Shown: positions 8,070-17,588 of the stretch, piece after piece | Position numbering within the stretch: position 1 is the first letter of the stretch | How the letters are laid out: every line of letters starts with the position of its first letter | NCBI GenBank assembly: GCA_001773775.1 | Contig: MEXR01000001.1 | Span: 1 to 41,180 of the forward strand | Reading direction: 5' to 3' | Length of the DNA stretch: 41,180 nt | DNA from: Candidatus Amesbacteria bacterium RIFOXYB1_FULL_44_23 | GTDB lineage: Bacteria; Patescibacteriota; Microgenomatia; CAZETR01; Amesbacteraceae | Program-made: the position numbers and the translations under genes | The notes under the pieces: generated by a model | Told to the model about the DNA's origin: nothing | The model's input: the letters and a program-made list of their open reading frames with translations, nothing else | Databases searched by the model: none

Positions 8070-8552
8070 ATGGTCCGACATTTCAGCGCCGGAGGAATTG
8101 TCTACCGAAAGCTGAATTCTCAATTTCAGTTTTTGGTTTGCAAAAGCTCAAATCAATTTATGAAAGACCCTTGGTGCTTACCAAAAGGCTGGCTTGACGA
8201 TGCTTCAGATGGGATTCCGGGCCCAAAGACTCTCGGGACGTCCAGAGCCTCAACCGCTGAGGTTGAGGAAACCGCACTACGTGAAGTCCGCGAAGAGGCG
8301 GGTGTAGAAGCCAGAATCGTTCAAAGATTAGGTTCAGTGCAATACGTTTTTTCTCTGGCCGATAATCAAAAGGTTTTTAAAACTATTATTTTCTTTCTCA
8401 TGGAGTATTTAAGAGACCTGCCTGAAGGTTTTGGGTACGAAACCTCCGAAATTGTCTGGGTAGACGCTTCAGAAGCCTGCCGGCTTCTGAAAAACCGAAA
8501 AGGGGAATGTGATTTAATCAAGAAGGCCTTGTCAGTCATAGTCAATCAGTGA
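8070..8552 (+). CDS. NUDIX hydrolase
   Basis: Nudix box core REVREEAGV. About 20 extra residues (DDASDGIPGPKTLGTSRAST) lie between the PKG and the box helix. TATTAT at 8057-8062 is 7 nt upstream of the ATG. Confidence 0.85.
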   Translation: MVRHFSAGGIVYRKLNSQFQFLVCKSSNQFMKDPWCLPKGWLDDASDGIPGPKTLGTSRASTAEVEETALREVREEAGVEARIVQRLGSVQYVFSLADNQKVFKTIIFFLMEYLRDLPEGFGYETSEIVWVDASEACRLLKNRKGECDLIKKALSVIVNQ

Positions 8553-8590
8553 TCACAAAGCAGTTATCTATTATTTATATCCATTCAAAA

Positions 8591-10369
8591 ATGAAAACCA
8601 ACCGCCAAATGACTAATCTCCAGATTTCCAAGCTGCTTAAAGCTGTCGCTGCTGCCTTGGAATTGTCCAGTCAAGACTATAATCGTTTCCGGGTCATAGC
8701 TTACGATAGGGCGGCAGATGCAATTGAACACAGCTCCTCGGAAATCAAAGACTTGTGGGATGACGGACAGCTCAAAACTGTTCCCGGGATAGGGGACCAG
8801 ATTGCATCTCATTTGGACGAATTGTTCAAAACCGGCAAAGTTGATCACTTCAACCAAATACTAAAACCTTTTCCTCCTGCTATGTTCGAATTATTAGACA
8901 TTCCCGGACTTGGACCAAAAACAGCCTTCAAGCTCTGTAAGGCGCTTGGCATCTCCAAGGCTCACACAGCTATCGCTAGCCTGCAAAAGGCTGCCAAAAA
9001 GGGCCACATCGCCCAAATTGAAGGATTTGGAGACGATTCCCAGGCTGCAATTCTCAAAGGCATAGAGGATTTTAATAACCGGGGTTCCCGGCTTCTGCTG
9101 CCGCAGGCTGAAAAAATCAGCACCGATCTCATCGCCTGGCTTGAAAAAAGCCCTCATACCCAAAAAGCCGATCCTTTGGGATCACTTAGACGTAAGGTGG
9201 CTACAGTGGGTGACGTAGACATTTCTGTTTCCAGCTCCGATCCCAAGCAAGTGATAGAACATTTCACCAACTATCCCAAAAAACTCAGAATTCTGGAGGC
9301 GGGCGACAAAACAGCCTCCATTATCCTCCCCAACGATTATCAGGTGGATCTGATGGTTCAGGATCCAAAATCTTACGGCAGTCTGCTTCAGCACTTCACT
9401 GGCTCCAAACATCACAACATAGCTCTTCGTGAACTTGCTCTTAAAAAAGGACTTTCGCTTTCTGAGTATGGCATTAAAACTAAACTCGGACTGAAAACGT
9501 TTGCAACTGAGGAAGATTTCTATAAATATCTGGGATTAGACTGGATTCCTCCTGAACTTCGGGAAGACGCTGGTGAAATCGCTGCCGCTCAAAACCACTC
9601 GCTTCCCACCCTGATCGAATTGGACGAGATTAGGGGGGATTTACAAGTTCACAGTGATATCAACCTTGAACCAAGCCACGACCTGGGTCAGAGCTCCTTA
9701 GATGAATTAGCTCAAACGGCCAAGTCATTAAAGTATGAATACCTGGGATTAACCGAGCACAATCCCAGCGTTTCGGAACACACCGACAAACAGGTCACAG
9801 ATCTGATCAAAAGGAAAACTGATCTCATTACTCAATTTAATCACACTCATGAAAATAACAGTGAAAAAATTCCGTATCTTTTTAATGGCTTAGAAATTGA
9901 CATTCAGGCCAATGGAAAACGGGCTCTGTCGGACGCTAACTTAGATTTACTCGACTATGCCTGTGTTTCGATTCATTCCAGCTTTGACCAAACACGCAAA
10001 GAAATGACGGACCGTGTCCTGTCCGGACTTAATCATCCCAAAGTTAAATTTTTTGCTCATCCGACCGGCAGGCTGCTCGGGCAAAGGGAAGGTATTGAAC
10101 TTGATTGGGACCAAATTTTTGATTTTTGTCTAAAAAATGACAAATGGCTGGAAATAGACGCTTGGCCTAATCGTTTAGATCTTCCTGATGTTCAGGTCAG
10201 AGAGGCGGTCAAAAGAGGAGTTAAGTTAACCGTTGATACCGACAGCCACAACCATACCCACTTGCACTACATGAAGTACGGGGTTTGGGTTGCCAAGCGG
10301 GGCTGGGCTAAAAAAAGTGATATTATAAACACGTTACCTTTTGACCAATTGATTAAAATAATAAAGTAA
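8591..10369 (+). CDS. polX: Family X DNA polymerase with C-terminal PHP domain (PolX)
   Basis: HhH motifs (VPGIGDQIA, IPGLGPKTA). Catalytic GSLRRKVATVGDVDISV and DLMV. PHP His/Asp clusters (HSDINL.., TEHNP, HSSFD, HPTGR, DTDSH). The longest ORF starts at GTG 8549, overlapping the NUDIX stop by 4 nt. ATG 8591 or ATG 8609 (MTNLQISKLL) fits PolX N-termini better. Confidence 0.9.
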   Translation: MKTNRQMTNLQISKLLKAVAAALELSSQDYNRFRVIAYDRAADAIEHSSSEIKDLWDDGQLKTVPGIGDQIASHLDELFKTGKVDHFNQILKPFPPAMFELLDIPGLGPKTAFKLCKALGISKAHTAIASLQKAAKKGHIAQIEGFGDDSQAAILKGIEDFNNRGSRLLLPQAEKISTDLIAWLEKSPHTQKADPLGSLRRKVATVGDVDISVSSSDPKQVIEHFTNYPKKLRILEAGDKTASIILPNDYQVDLMVQDPKSYGSLLQHFTGSKHHNIALRELALKKGLSLSEYGIKTKLGLKTFATEEDFYKYLGLDWIPPELREDAGEIAAAQNHSLPTLIELDEIRGDLQVHSDINLEPSHDLGQSSLDELAQTAKSLKYEYLGLTEHNPSVSEHTDKQVTDLIKRKTDLITQFNHTHENNSEKIPYLFNGLEIDIQANGKRALSDANLDLLDYACVSIHSSFDQTRKEMTDRVLSGLNHPKVKFFAHPTGRLLGQREGIELDWDQIFDFCLKNDKWLEIDAWPNRLDLPDVQVREAVKRGVKLTVDTDSHNHTHLHYMKYGVWVAKRGWAKKSDIINTLPFDQLIKIIK

Positions 10370-10383
10370 GGAGGTGAGTTAAT

Positions 10384-10965
10384 TTGCCACTAATAATTTT
10401 TGCAGTATTAATCGTCATCGCAGTTTATGTCGTAGCGGTTTACAACGACCTGGTTACCATGAGAACCAGGATCAAGGCTTCCATCCAGGAGATCGGAAAC
10501 CAACTCAAACGCCAAGCTGAATTGATCCCCAATCTTGAAACGTCAGCTAAATCATATTTAAAGCACGAAAAAGACATCATCAAGTTGATAGCCGACGCCA
10601 GAAAATCAGTTACTGAAGCTGTAGCTTCAGGAAATTTGGATCAAATGGCTCAAGCCGGAGAAAAAATCGCCGGATTGCTTCCTCAGATTAGAGTTGCCGT
10701 CGAAAGCAACCCGGAAATCAAAGGCGCAGAAGTGGTCGGGAAATTGATGGACGAACTCAGAGATACTTCTGACAAAGTCATGTATGCCCGCCGCACTCTT
10801 ATCGACCTGACTGCCGATTTCAACGTTAAAATCGTTGCCTTCCCCAGTAATCTGATAGCCAATCTGTTCGGTTTCGCGCCGGAAAAAGGTTTGGCGACCC
10901 CAGACTCAGGTGCACACCTGGAAGTCAGCGACACTGATATCAAAACTCCTAAACTTTCACTTTGA
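10384..10965 (+). CDS. lemA: LemA family protein
   Basis: N-terminal TM plus the characteristic YNDLVTMRTRIKASIQEIGNQLKRQAELIPNL. TTG start preceded by a strong SD, AAGGAGGTGAG. Confidence 0.9.
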   Translation: MPLIIFAVLIVIAVYVVAVYNDLVTMRTRIKASIQEIGNQLKRQAELIPNLETSAKSYLKHEKDIIKLIADARKSVTEAVASGNLDQMAQAGEKIAGLLPQIRVAVESNPEIKGAEVVGKLMDELRDTSDKVMYARRTLIDLTADFNVKIVAFPSNLIANLFGFAPEKGLATPDSGAHLEVSDTDIKTPKLSL

Positions 10966-10966
10966 T

Positions 10967-11893
10967 ATGCAAAACGTTTATGAATCAGTCGATGCCAACA
11001 AACAAAAAAGTTGGTTGGTAATTGGGTTTTTTATAACCTTTGTTACCGTTTCCGCCCTGCTTATTGCCAAAGGGCTGGCTTACTATTACGGTTATGAATC
11101 CACTGGTCTGGAAATAACCGGGCTGGCCCTAGTGCTTTCCGGGCTGACCAGTTTTGCCTCCTACTATTTCAGTGACAGTATTGTGCTTACGTTATCTTCA
11201 GCCAAACCTGCAAATCGCAAGGATCATTTTACCTTCTACACCGTATCAGAAAACTTAAGCCTTGCAGCCGGACTCCCCATGCCTAAGCTTTACGTCATCG
11301 AAGACACTGCTCTGAACGCCTTTGCCACCGGCCGCGATCCCAAACATGCCGCAGTTTGTGCCACATCCGGCCTGCTGGCTACGTTAAACCGAACCGAACT
11401 TGAAGGGGTTGTGGGTCACGAACTGTCTCACATTGCCAACTACGACACTCGGCTTATGTCTCTGGTCACCGTTATGGTGGGAGTGATAACTTTGCTGGGA
11501 GATTGGCTTCTTAGAGCCAATTGGTACTCTAGTGGAAATCGTGAAAATCGAAGCAAGAGTGGGGGAGCCGTCTTTATGCTTGTTGGACTCATACTGGCCA
11601 TCCTTTCTCCGATAATTGCTCAACTCATTCAGTTGGCTATTTCCAGAAGGCGTGAGTATTTGGCTGATGCCTCATCAGTCAAACTGACCCGTCAGCCGGG
11701 CGGACTGATTTCAGCCCTTACCAAGCTAGGTCAGGACCGCGAACCACTCGAAGCCGCCAACAAAGCCACCGCCCACTTGTACATCGTCAATCCGCTTAAA
11801 AATCACCACGATCTTATAGGCCTATTTTCCGGACTCTTTAATACTCACCCTCCGTTAAGCGATCGTATCAAGACCTTGCAACAAATGCAGTGA
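10967..11893 (+). CDS. htpX: HtpX-like M48 zinc metalloprotease
   Basis: HELSHI zinc motif, downstream EYLADASS, and four TM segments. ATG 10967 lies 1 nt after the LemA stop. The longer ORF from 10910 overlaps lemA. Confidence 0.9.
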   Translation: MQNVYESVDANKQKSWLVIGFFITFVTVSALLIAKGLAYYYGYESTGLEITGLALVLSGLTSFASYYFSDSIVLTLSSAKPANRKDHFTFYTVSENLSLAAGLPMPKLYVIEDTALNAFATGRDPKHAAVCATSGLLATLNRTELEGVVGHELSHIANYDTRLMSLVTVMVGVITLLGDWLLRANWYSSGNRENRSKSGGAVFMLVGLILAILSPIIAQLIQLAISRRREYLADASSVKLTRQPGGLISALTKLGQDREPLEAANKATAHLYIVNPLKNHHDLIGLFSGLFNTHPPLSDRIKTLQQMQ

Positions 11894-11903
11894 TAGTTGG
11901 GCC

Positions 11904-11928
11904 ATTGTTTTGCAGTTTGCCAAACAAT
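11904..11928 (+). terminator. Possible terminator hairpin after htpX
   Basis: attgttt-t-gca gtt tgc-c-aaacaat: 7 + 3 bp with one mismatch, followed by cttaattt. The U-tract is interrupted. Confidence 0.35.
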
Positions 11929-12083
11929 CTTAATTTAGGAAGTGTTTATAGACCCCATAATTATTAAGACCTGTAGTATTTGCAACTAATTCTTTTTCTC
12001 ACCTGTGTAATTTTCAAATTTGGGCGGTTGGCCGATCAATTGGGTGAGCACTTCATCCACCGACCGGCTCAGGGTTATTACAC

Positions 12084-12112
12084 CTGACCCACTAGACAAC
12101 ATTTGCTATACT
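12084..12112 (+). promoter_or_regulatory. Putative clpB promoter cTGACc-17-TGcTATACT
   Basis: It has the same extended -10 nonamer, TGCTATACT, as the helicase promoter. A leader of about 20 nt without SD precedes ATG 12140. Confidence 0.45.
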
Positions 12113-12139
12113 TAAACCAACTAAGTTTCCAAACTGTCC

Positions 12140-14701
12140 ATGGATCCTAATAGTTTAACTGCCAAAGCGCGGGAAGCTCTGGAGGCGGCAATTGAGATAA
12201 GCAGACGTCACCACAATCCGGAGGTTAATTCCCTACATCTTGTATTATCCTTCCTGACGGATTTCGAAGGTATCGTTTTTCAAGCCCTTCGTGCCAAACA
12301 GGTGGATATTTCCAAGCTTAGTCAGTCATTGGAAGACGCAATATTTCGGCTTCCTCAGCTAAAAGAGGAGCCAGAACCTCAAATTAGCGACGAACTCGAT
12401 AAAATATTAAGAACCGCACTGGCAGAGGCAAAAAAAATAGGTGACACCTTCCTAAGTCGCGAGCATCTCTTTTTAGCAATCTTGTTGACAGAGTGCCAAT
12501 CTTCAGGTATTCTGAAAAAGTTTAACCTAAATTATCAAGAGGTTAAGCAAATTATCATGTCTCAAAGAGGTAATGCAAAAGCAGACGACCCTCAGGCCGA
12601 AAGCAAATACAACATATTGGAAAAGTACACCCAAAACCTTACCCAAATGGCTGGTTTGGGTAAGTTAGATCCAGTCATTGGTCGCGACGATGAGATCAGA
12701 CGGGTCATGCAAATCCTTTCCCGAAGAACCAAGAATAATCCAGTCCTCATTGGCGACCCCGGCGTTGGTAAAACAGCGATAGTAGAAGGCTTGGCTCAGC
12801 GCATAGTTACCGGTGATGTGCCGGAAACCCTTAAAAACAAGCAGTTGCTCTCTTTAGACCTGGCCAGCATCTTGGCAGGTGCCAAGTTCCGGGGAGAGTT
12901 TGAGGATAGGCTAAAGGCTATCCTAAAGGAAATAGAAAGTTCCGAGGGGAAATATGTACTTTTTATGGACGAGTTGCACACCCTGGTGGGAGCCGGATCA
13001 GCCGAAGGGGCCATTGATGCAGCCAACATCCTGAAGCCCGCCTTAGCCCGCGGACTGTTGCATGCTATAGGTGCTACTACCATCAAAGAATATCGCCAGC
13101 ATATTGAGAAAGATGCGGCTCTGGAGCGACGTTTTCAACCAGTGGTTGTAGACCAACCGGACGTGGAAGCCAGTATCGCCATCCTCCGTGGTTTAAAAAG
13201 CCGCTATGAGTTACATCACGGTGTTCGGATCACTGATGATGCCATTTTAGCGGCAGTCAGTCTGTCCAATCGCTATATACCGGATCGTTTTTTGCCAGAC
13301 AAAGCCATCGACTTGATCGATGAAGCTACCAGTAGCCTGAAAATGGACATCGACTCTTTGCCGTCCAACCTGGATAGTCTCAAGCGCAGATCCACCCAGA
13401 TTGAGATTGAACTGGCCGCTCTGAAGCGTGAAACCGGTGAATCCGTTGTGAAAAGGCGCAAAGATCTGGAGAAACAACTGACCGAACTTAAGGACACTCT
13501 GTCCTCACAGCAGTTGCGTTGGCGAACCCAGAAAGATTTGATTAAAAACATTCAGTCTCTGCGTGAAAACAGAGACGCCCTGCTTCAGGATTTGGAACGA
13601 GCCGAGCGGGAGGTCCAGTTAGAAAAAGCCGCCGAAATTAAGTTTGGAAAACTTCCGGAAACTGAAAAGAAACTGCTGGCTGCCGAAGATCACTGGCAGC
13701 AGATTCCTGGTGACGAAAAAATACTACGCGAGGAAGTAACTGAGGAAGATGTTGCCCGGGTTGTCTCCAGGTGGACCAGTATTCCTGTCAGCCGGCTGGT
13801 AAGTTCTGAAAAGCAAAAACTATCCCATCTGGAGACCGAAATTTCAAAACGGTTGGTAGGGCAAACTGAGGCAGTTAAAGAAGTTTCAAACGCCATCAGA
13901 AGATCCAGAGCGGGGATTTCGGAAGAGAATCGGCCCATTGCGTCCTTTATCTTCTTAGGCCCTACCGGAGTGGGAAAGACTGAACTGGCCAAGACTTTGG
14001 CTGAAGTTCTATTCAATAACTCCGACGCTTTAATTAGAATTGATCTCTCGGAGTATCAGGAAAAGCACACGGTAGCCCGTCTCATCGGTGCTCCTCCGGG
14101 ATACGTCGGATATGATGAGGGCGGCCAACTGACTGAGGCAGTCAGAAGAAAGCCATACTCAATCATCTTGTTTGACGAGTTGGAGAAAGCCCACCCCGAC
14201 ATTTTTAATCTGTTTTTACAAATATTAGACGATGGTCGGCTAACCGACGGCAAAGGTCGGGTAGTAAACTTCAAAAACGCAATCATTGTTATGACCAGTA
14301 ACCTGGGTACAGAACTTATTCAGGCTCGTGAAAAAGATGTGAAAGATAAATTATGGCAACTTTTACGAAAAACCTTTAAACCCGAATTCCTCAATCGGGT
14401 TGACCAGATAATTGTCTTTGATCCTCTTTCCGAAAAGCAGTTGGAACAAATTGTTGATTTCCAGATAGCCTTAGTCGCCAAACGTCTTGAAAAACAAAAT
14501 ATCCGGCTGGATATTTCTGATAAGGCGAAAAAGTTTCTGGCTAAAGAAGGTTTCGACCCGGATTTTGGTGCCAGACCGCTCAAACGGGCAATACAGGACC
14601 ACATCTTAGACGAACTGTCCTTGCAGCTGATTGAAGGCAAAGTCAAATCCGGAGACACGGTCAAAGTAGACGTCATCAAAGATCAGATTCAAATCTCCTG
14701 A
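12140..14701 (+). CDS. clpB: ATP-dependent chaperone ClpB
   Basis: Clp N domain. Two AAA+ modules (GDPGVGKT / GPTGVGKT Walker A, DELH and FDELEKAH Walker B regions). A long coiled-coil middle domain. The 853-aa length is typical. Confidence 0.97.
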   Translation: MDPNSLTAKAREALEAAIEISRRHHNPEVNSLHLVLSFLTDFEGIVFQALRAKQVDISKLSQSLEDAIFRLPQLKEEPEPQISDELDKILRTALAEAKKIGDTFLSREHLFLAILLTECQSSGILKKFNLNYQEVKQIIMSQRGNAKADDPQAESKYNILEKYTQNLTQMAGLGKLDPVIGRDDEIRRVMQILSRRTKNNPVLIGDPGVGKTAIVEGLAQRIVTGDVPETLKNKQLLSLDLASILAGAKFRGEFEDRLKAILKEIESSEGKYVLFMDELHTLVGAGSAEGAIDAANILKPALARGLLHAIGATTIKEYRQHIEKDAALERRFQPVVVDQPDVEASIAILRGLKSRYELHHGVRITDDAILAAVSLSNRYIPDRFLPDKAIDLIDEATSSLKMDIDSLPSNLDSLKRRSTQIEIELAALKRETGESVVKRRKDLEKQLTELKDTLSSQQLRWRTQKDLIKNIQSLRENRDALLQDLERAEREVQLEKAAEIKFGKLPETEKKLLAAEDHWQQIPGDEKILREEVTEEDVARVVSRWTSIPVSRLVSSEKQKLSHLETEISKRLVGQTEAVKEVSNAIRRSRAGISEENRPIASFIFLGPTGVGKTELAKTLAEVLFNNSDALIRIDLSEYQEKHTVARLIGAPPGYVGYDEGGQLTEAVRRKPYSIILFDELEKAHPDIFNLFLQILDDGRLTDGKGRVVNFKNAIIVMTSNLGTELIQAREKDVKDKLWQLLRKTFKPEFLNRVDQIIVFDPLSEKQLEQIVDFQIALVAKRLEKQNIRLDISDKAKKFLAKEGFDPDFGARPLKRAIQDHILDELSLQLIEGKVKSGDTVKVDVIKDQIQIS

Positions 14702-14724
14702 GTGCGTGCTAAACTCTACTTAAC

Positions 14725-15009
14725 ATGGACGTTTCACATGTCGCCAAACTGGCCAATCTGACTCTCACAGACTCAGAAATTAAAAAATTCCAATCGCAGT
14801 TTGCTCAAACGATTGACACCATAGCTGTCATTAACGAATTAGACACTTCGGCCGTCGTTCCATCCTTTCAGGTCACTGGTCTATCAAATGTGCTAAGACC
14901 CGACGAAATAGACCAGAGTCGGGTTTTAACTCAACACCAGGTTTTATCTCAGGCCAGCCAAACCCATAAAGGGTTTGTGGTGGTTCCGGCTGTTATTGAT
15001 CATGACTAA
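14725..15009 (+). CDS. gatC: Asp/Glu-tRNA amidotransferase subunit C
   Basis: 94 aa. VAKLANLTLTDSEIKKFQSQF... is typical of GatC. It is directly followed by gatA. Confidence 0.9.
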   Translation: MDVSHVAKLANLTLTDSEIKKFQSQFAQTIDTIAVINELDTSAVVPSFQVTGLSNVLRPDEIDQSRVLTQHQVLSQASQTHKGFVVVPAVIDHD

Positions 15010-16390
15010 AAAGCTAAACGAACTTTCAATTATAGAAGCCAGGGACGGTTTGCGGACTAAAAAGTTTAGCAGTCGGGAGTTAGTCCAGGCTTGTCTTGAT
15101 CAAATCCAAAAACACGACCCTAAAATTCACGCCTTTTTGGCCCTAAATGACCAAGCGGTAAAACAAGCCGAAAAAGCCGACCTCAACCTACCATTGGGGG
15201 GAATTCCCATCGCGGTTAAAGATAATTTCCTTACCATCGGTCTTCCCACCACCGCTTCTTCCAAAGTACTTGAAGGCTATCAACCTCATTACGAATCTAC
15301 TGTTTCCAAAAAATTGCTAGCTGCAGGGGCCATCATCATTGGCAAAACCAATATGGATGCCTGGGCTCACGGATCTTCCACGGAAACATCGGATTTTGGT
15401 TCCACTAAAAATCCCTGGAACACCGATTACCTCCCGGGTGGTTCCTCAGGAGGTTCAGCCGCAAGCGTCGCGGCAGACATGTGTATGGCTGCCATCGGTA
15501 GCGAAACCGCCGGAAGCATTCGTCAACCAGCAGCCTGGTGTGGGGTAACCGGATTTAAGCCAACTTACGGCAGAGTCAGCCGGTATGGGGTAATCGCCAT
15601 GGCTTCATCCACCGATTCCCCAGGTCCGATAACCAAGACCGTCACTGATTCTGCTGAGATTTTAAATATCATTGCCGGTAACGATCCCCAGGATGCCACC
15701 ACCTCTCCCAGACCGATTGAAAACTATTTAAAGTTCCCAAGCCAAAAAACCTATACCATCGGTGTGCCCGGCGAATATTTGGAAGTTTTGAGTTCTCCGG
15801 CCCGGGCATTGATTGAGTCGGCCGTTGAAGTGCTTAAAAAGGCAGGTCATAAGATCAAAACGATCTCTCTGATTCCTCCCAAATACTCAATCGGTGTGTA
15901 CACCATTTTGCAACGCAGTGAGGTTTCCTCAAATTTAGCTCGATTTACCGGAGTTCGCTACGGTCATGACCGTAGTTTCTTTGGGGACGAGGCCAAAAGG
16001 CGAATCATGCTGGGCACTTATGCGTTGTCGGCCGGCTACTACGATCAATACTATGCCAAGGCCCAAAAGGTCCGCACATTGATAGTTACCGACTTTGAAA
16101 AAGCATTTAAAGATGTAGATTTGATTATCAACCCTCCTTCTCCTGGGCCGGCCTTAAAAGTCGGTGCCACCGAAAATGAAGCCATGTTTGGTGAAATGCA
16201 GGACATATTGGTCGAACCAAGTAGTATTGCCGGATTAACCGGAATCAGTGTTCCTTGCGGATTTATTGACGGGCTTCCGGTAGGATTCGGTTTTATCGGG
16301 CGTCAATTCGATGAAACTAAAGTTTTATCGCTGGCTACGCAATTCCAATCTCTTACGTCTTTTCACCATGCAAAACCATCCCTTACTTAA
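15002..16390 (+). CDS. gatA: Asp/Glu-tRNA amidotransferase subunit A
   Basis: Amidase signature GGSSGGSAASVAA. IPIAVKDNF. ATG 15002 overlaps the gatC stop by 8 nt. The longer ORF from 14975 is unlikely. Confidence 0.95.
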   Translation: MTKKLNELSIIEARDGLRTKKFSSRELVQACLDQIQKHDPKIHAFLALNDQAVKQAEKADLNLPLGGIPIAVKDNFLTIGLPTTASSKVLEGYQPHYESTVSKKLLAAGAIIIGKTNMDAWAHGSSTETSDFGSTKNPWNTDYLPGGSSGGSAASVAADMCMAAIGSETAGSIRQPAAWCGVTGFKPTYGRVSRYGVIAMASSTDSPGPITKTVTDSAEILNIIAGNDPQDATTSPRPIENYLKFPSQKTYTIGVPGEYLEVLSSPARALIESAVEVLKKAGHKIKTISLIPPKYSIGVYTILQRSEVSSNLARFTGVRYGHDRSFFGDEAKRRIMLGTYALSAGYYDQYYAKAQKVRTLIVTDFEKAFKDVDLIINPPSPGPALKVGATENEAMFGEMQDILVEPSSIAGLTGISVPCGFIDGLPVGFGFIGRQFDETKVLSLATQFQSLTSFHHAKPSLT

Positions 16391-17588
16391 GTTAATTCAC
16401 CACCGACCATTTCTTCATCTGTGGATTTCTCAGTTGTTGTCCCAATTGACCATCAACCTGGTTACTTTTTCATGTCTCAACCAAATCTATAACACCACCA
16501 AGTCTTCTACAGCCGTGTCCCTGCTTTGGCTGGCCTTCTCACTTCCGATTTTCCTGCTGGGACCGTTATCTGGGGGGTTGGTCGACCGGTTCCATTTAAG
16601 AAGAACCATGGCAGTTACCAATTTCCTGCAAGGACTTTCAGTTCTGGGGTTTTTGTTTTTAGATAAATACCTCTTTATTATTTACTTCCTGGTTCTGCTT
16701 TATTCCGCTTTGGACCGGTTTTATATCCCTGCTCAACAGGCAGCCGTTCCCAGATTAGTTGAAAAGGAGCTGCTGCCAATCGCCAATGGTTTGTTTTTTC
16801 TCACCCAACAAACCTCAATTTTAATTGGCTTTGGTCTGGGGGGGCTATTTGTTTCACTATTGGGCCAAAACTGGACAATTACTCTCTCAGCTGTGTTCTT
16901 ATTTTTGGCCGCAGCCGCTGCCCAAGCACTTCCCTACAAACCTTTGAAGGGTGGCTTGACTGAGAGTGGAGGGTTTAAAGAGTTTGTCGAGGATTTATTT
17001 GAAAGTTATCGCCTGGTTCGTGAACACCCGTATTTAAAACTGCCGTTTGGCCTGATTATATTTTTGCAGGCATATTTAACCGTAGTCTTTGTCCTTCTGC
17101 CTTCCTTTGCCAATGAGTCTTTGGGTCTGCCGCTTCAACACGCAACCACCCTGATTATTGCTCCTGGTGCCGTAGGCGCCTTTGTTCTCAGCTTCCTTTT
17201 GCCCAAAATTCTGGAAAGATGGCGCAAGAAATCGGTTATCAAAACCTCTCTTCTGATTTCAGCCATCTCCCTCCTGGCTCTGTCTCTGGCCGGTGTTGTC
17301 CCAGTCTGGTTTAGAATACTGATTACCATTATTGCCTCCGTCGGTATCGGCGGATCCCTTGCCGCTGCCATGATTCCCGCCAACACTCTCATTCAAGAAA
17401 AAACCCCTCGGGATTTCGGGGGAAGAATTTATGGCTTATTGGGATTTTTGGCCACGGCCGCAACTATGTTGCCGCTGATGGCGGCGGCGTCTCTGGCAGA
17501 TATTTTTGGTGCCAGACAAATAATGATTCTGATTTCTTTTGTATTATTTTCAGGATTTATATACACTAAACGCCATGACTACTTCTAA
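16368..17588 (+). CDS. MFS transporter
   Basis: About 12 hydrophobic helices. MFS-like loop GPLSGGLVDRFHLRR between TM2 and TM3. ATG 16368 overlaps gatA by 23 nt, and the 3' end overlaps gatB by 14 nt. Confidence 0.8.
   Translation: MQNHPLLKLIHHRPFLHLWISQLLSQLTINLVTFSCLNQIYNTTKSSTAVSLLWLAFSLPIFLLGPLSGGLVDRFHLRRTMAVTNFLQGLSVLGFLFLDKYLFIIYFLVLLYSALDRFYIPAQQAAVPRLVEKELLPIANGLFFLTQQTSILIGFGLGGLFVSLLGQNWTITLSAVFLFLAAAAAQALPYKPLKGGLTESGGFKEFVEDLFESYRLVREHPYLKLPFGLIIFLQAYLTVVFVLLPSFANESLGLPLQHATTLIIAPGAVGAFVLSFLLPKILERWRKKSVIKTSLLISAISLLALSLAGVVPVWFRILITIIASVGIGGSLAAAMIPANTLIQEKTPRDFGGRIYGLLGFLATAATMLPLMAAASLADIFGARQIMILISFVLFSGFIYTKRHDYF

Noticed and set aside
11986-12102. 38-aa minus-strand ORF (MLSSGSGVITLSRSVDEVLTQLIGQPPKFENYTGEKKN) in the htpX-clpB gap
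   Set aside because: Its start overlaps the putative clpB -10 box. It has no promoter or SD of its own, and I cannot test conservation. It could be a gene remnant, so I did not report it as a feature.
11894-12139. Search for heat-shock operators (CIRCE, HAIR, CtsR box) upstream of clpB
   Set aside because: Only a loose half-site-like string (gagcact) is present. No inverted repeat with the right spacing was found.
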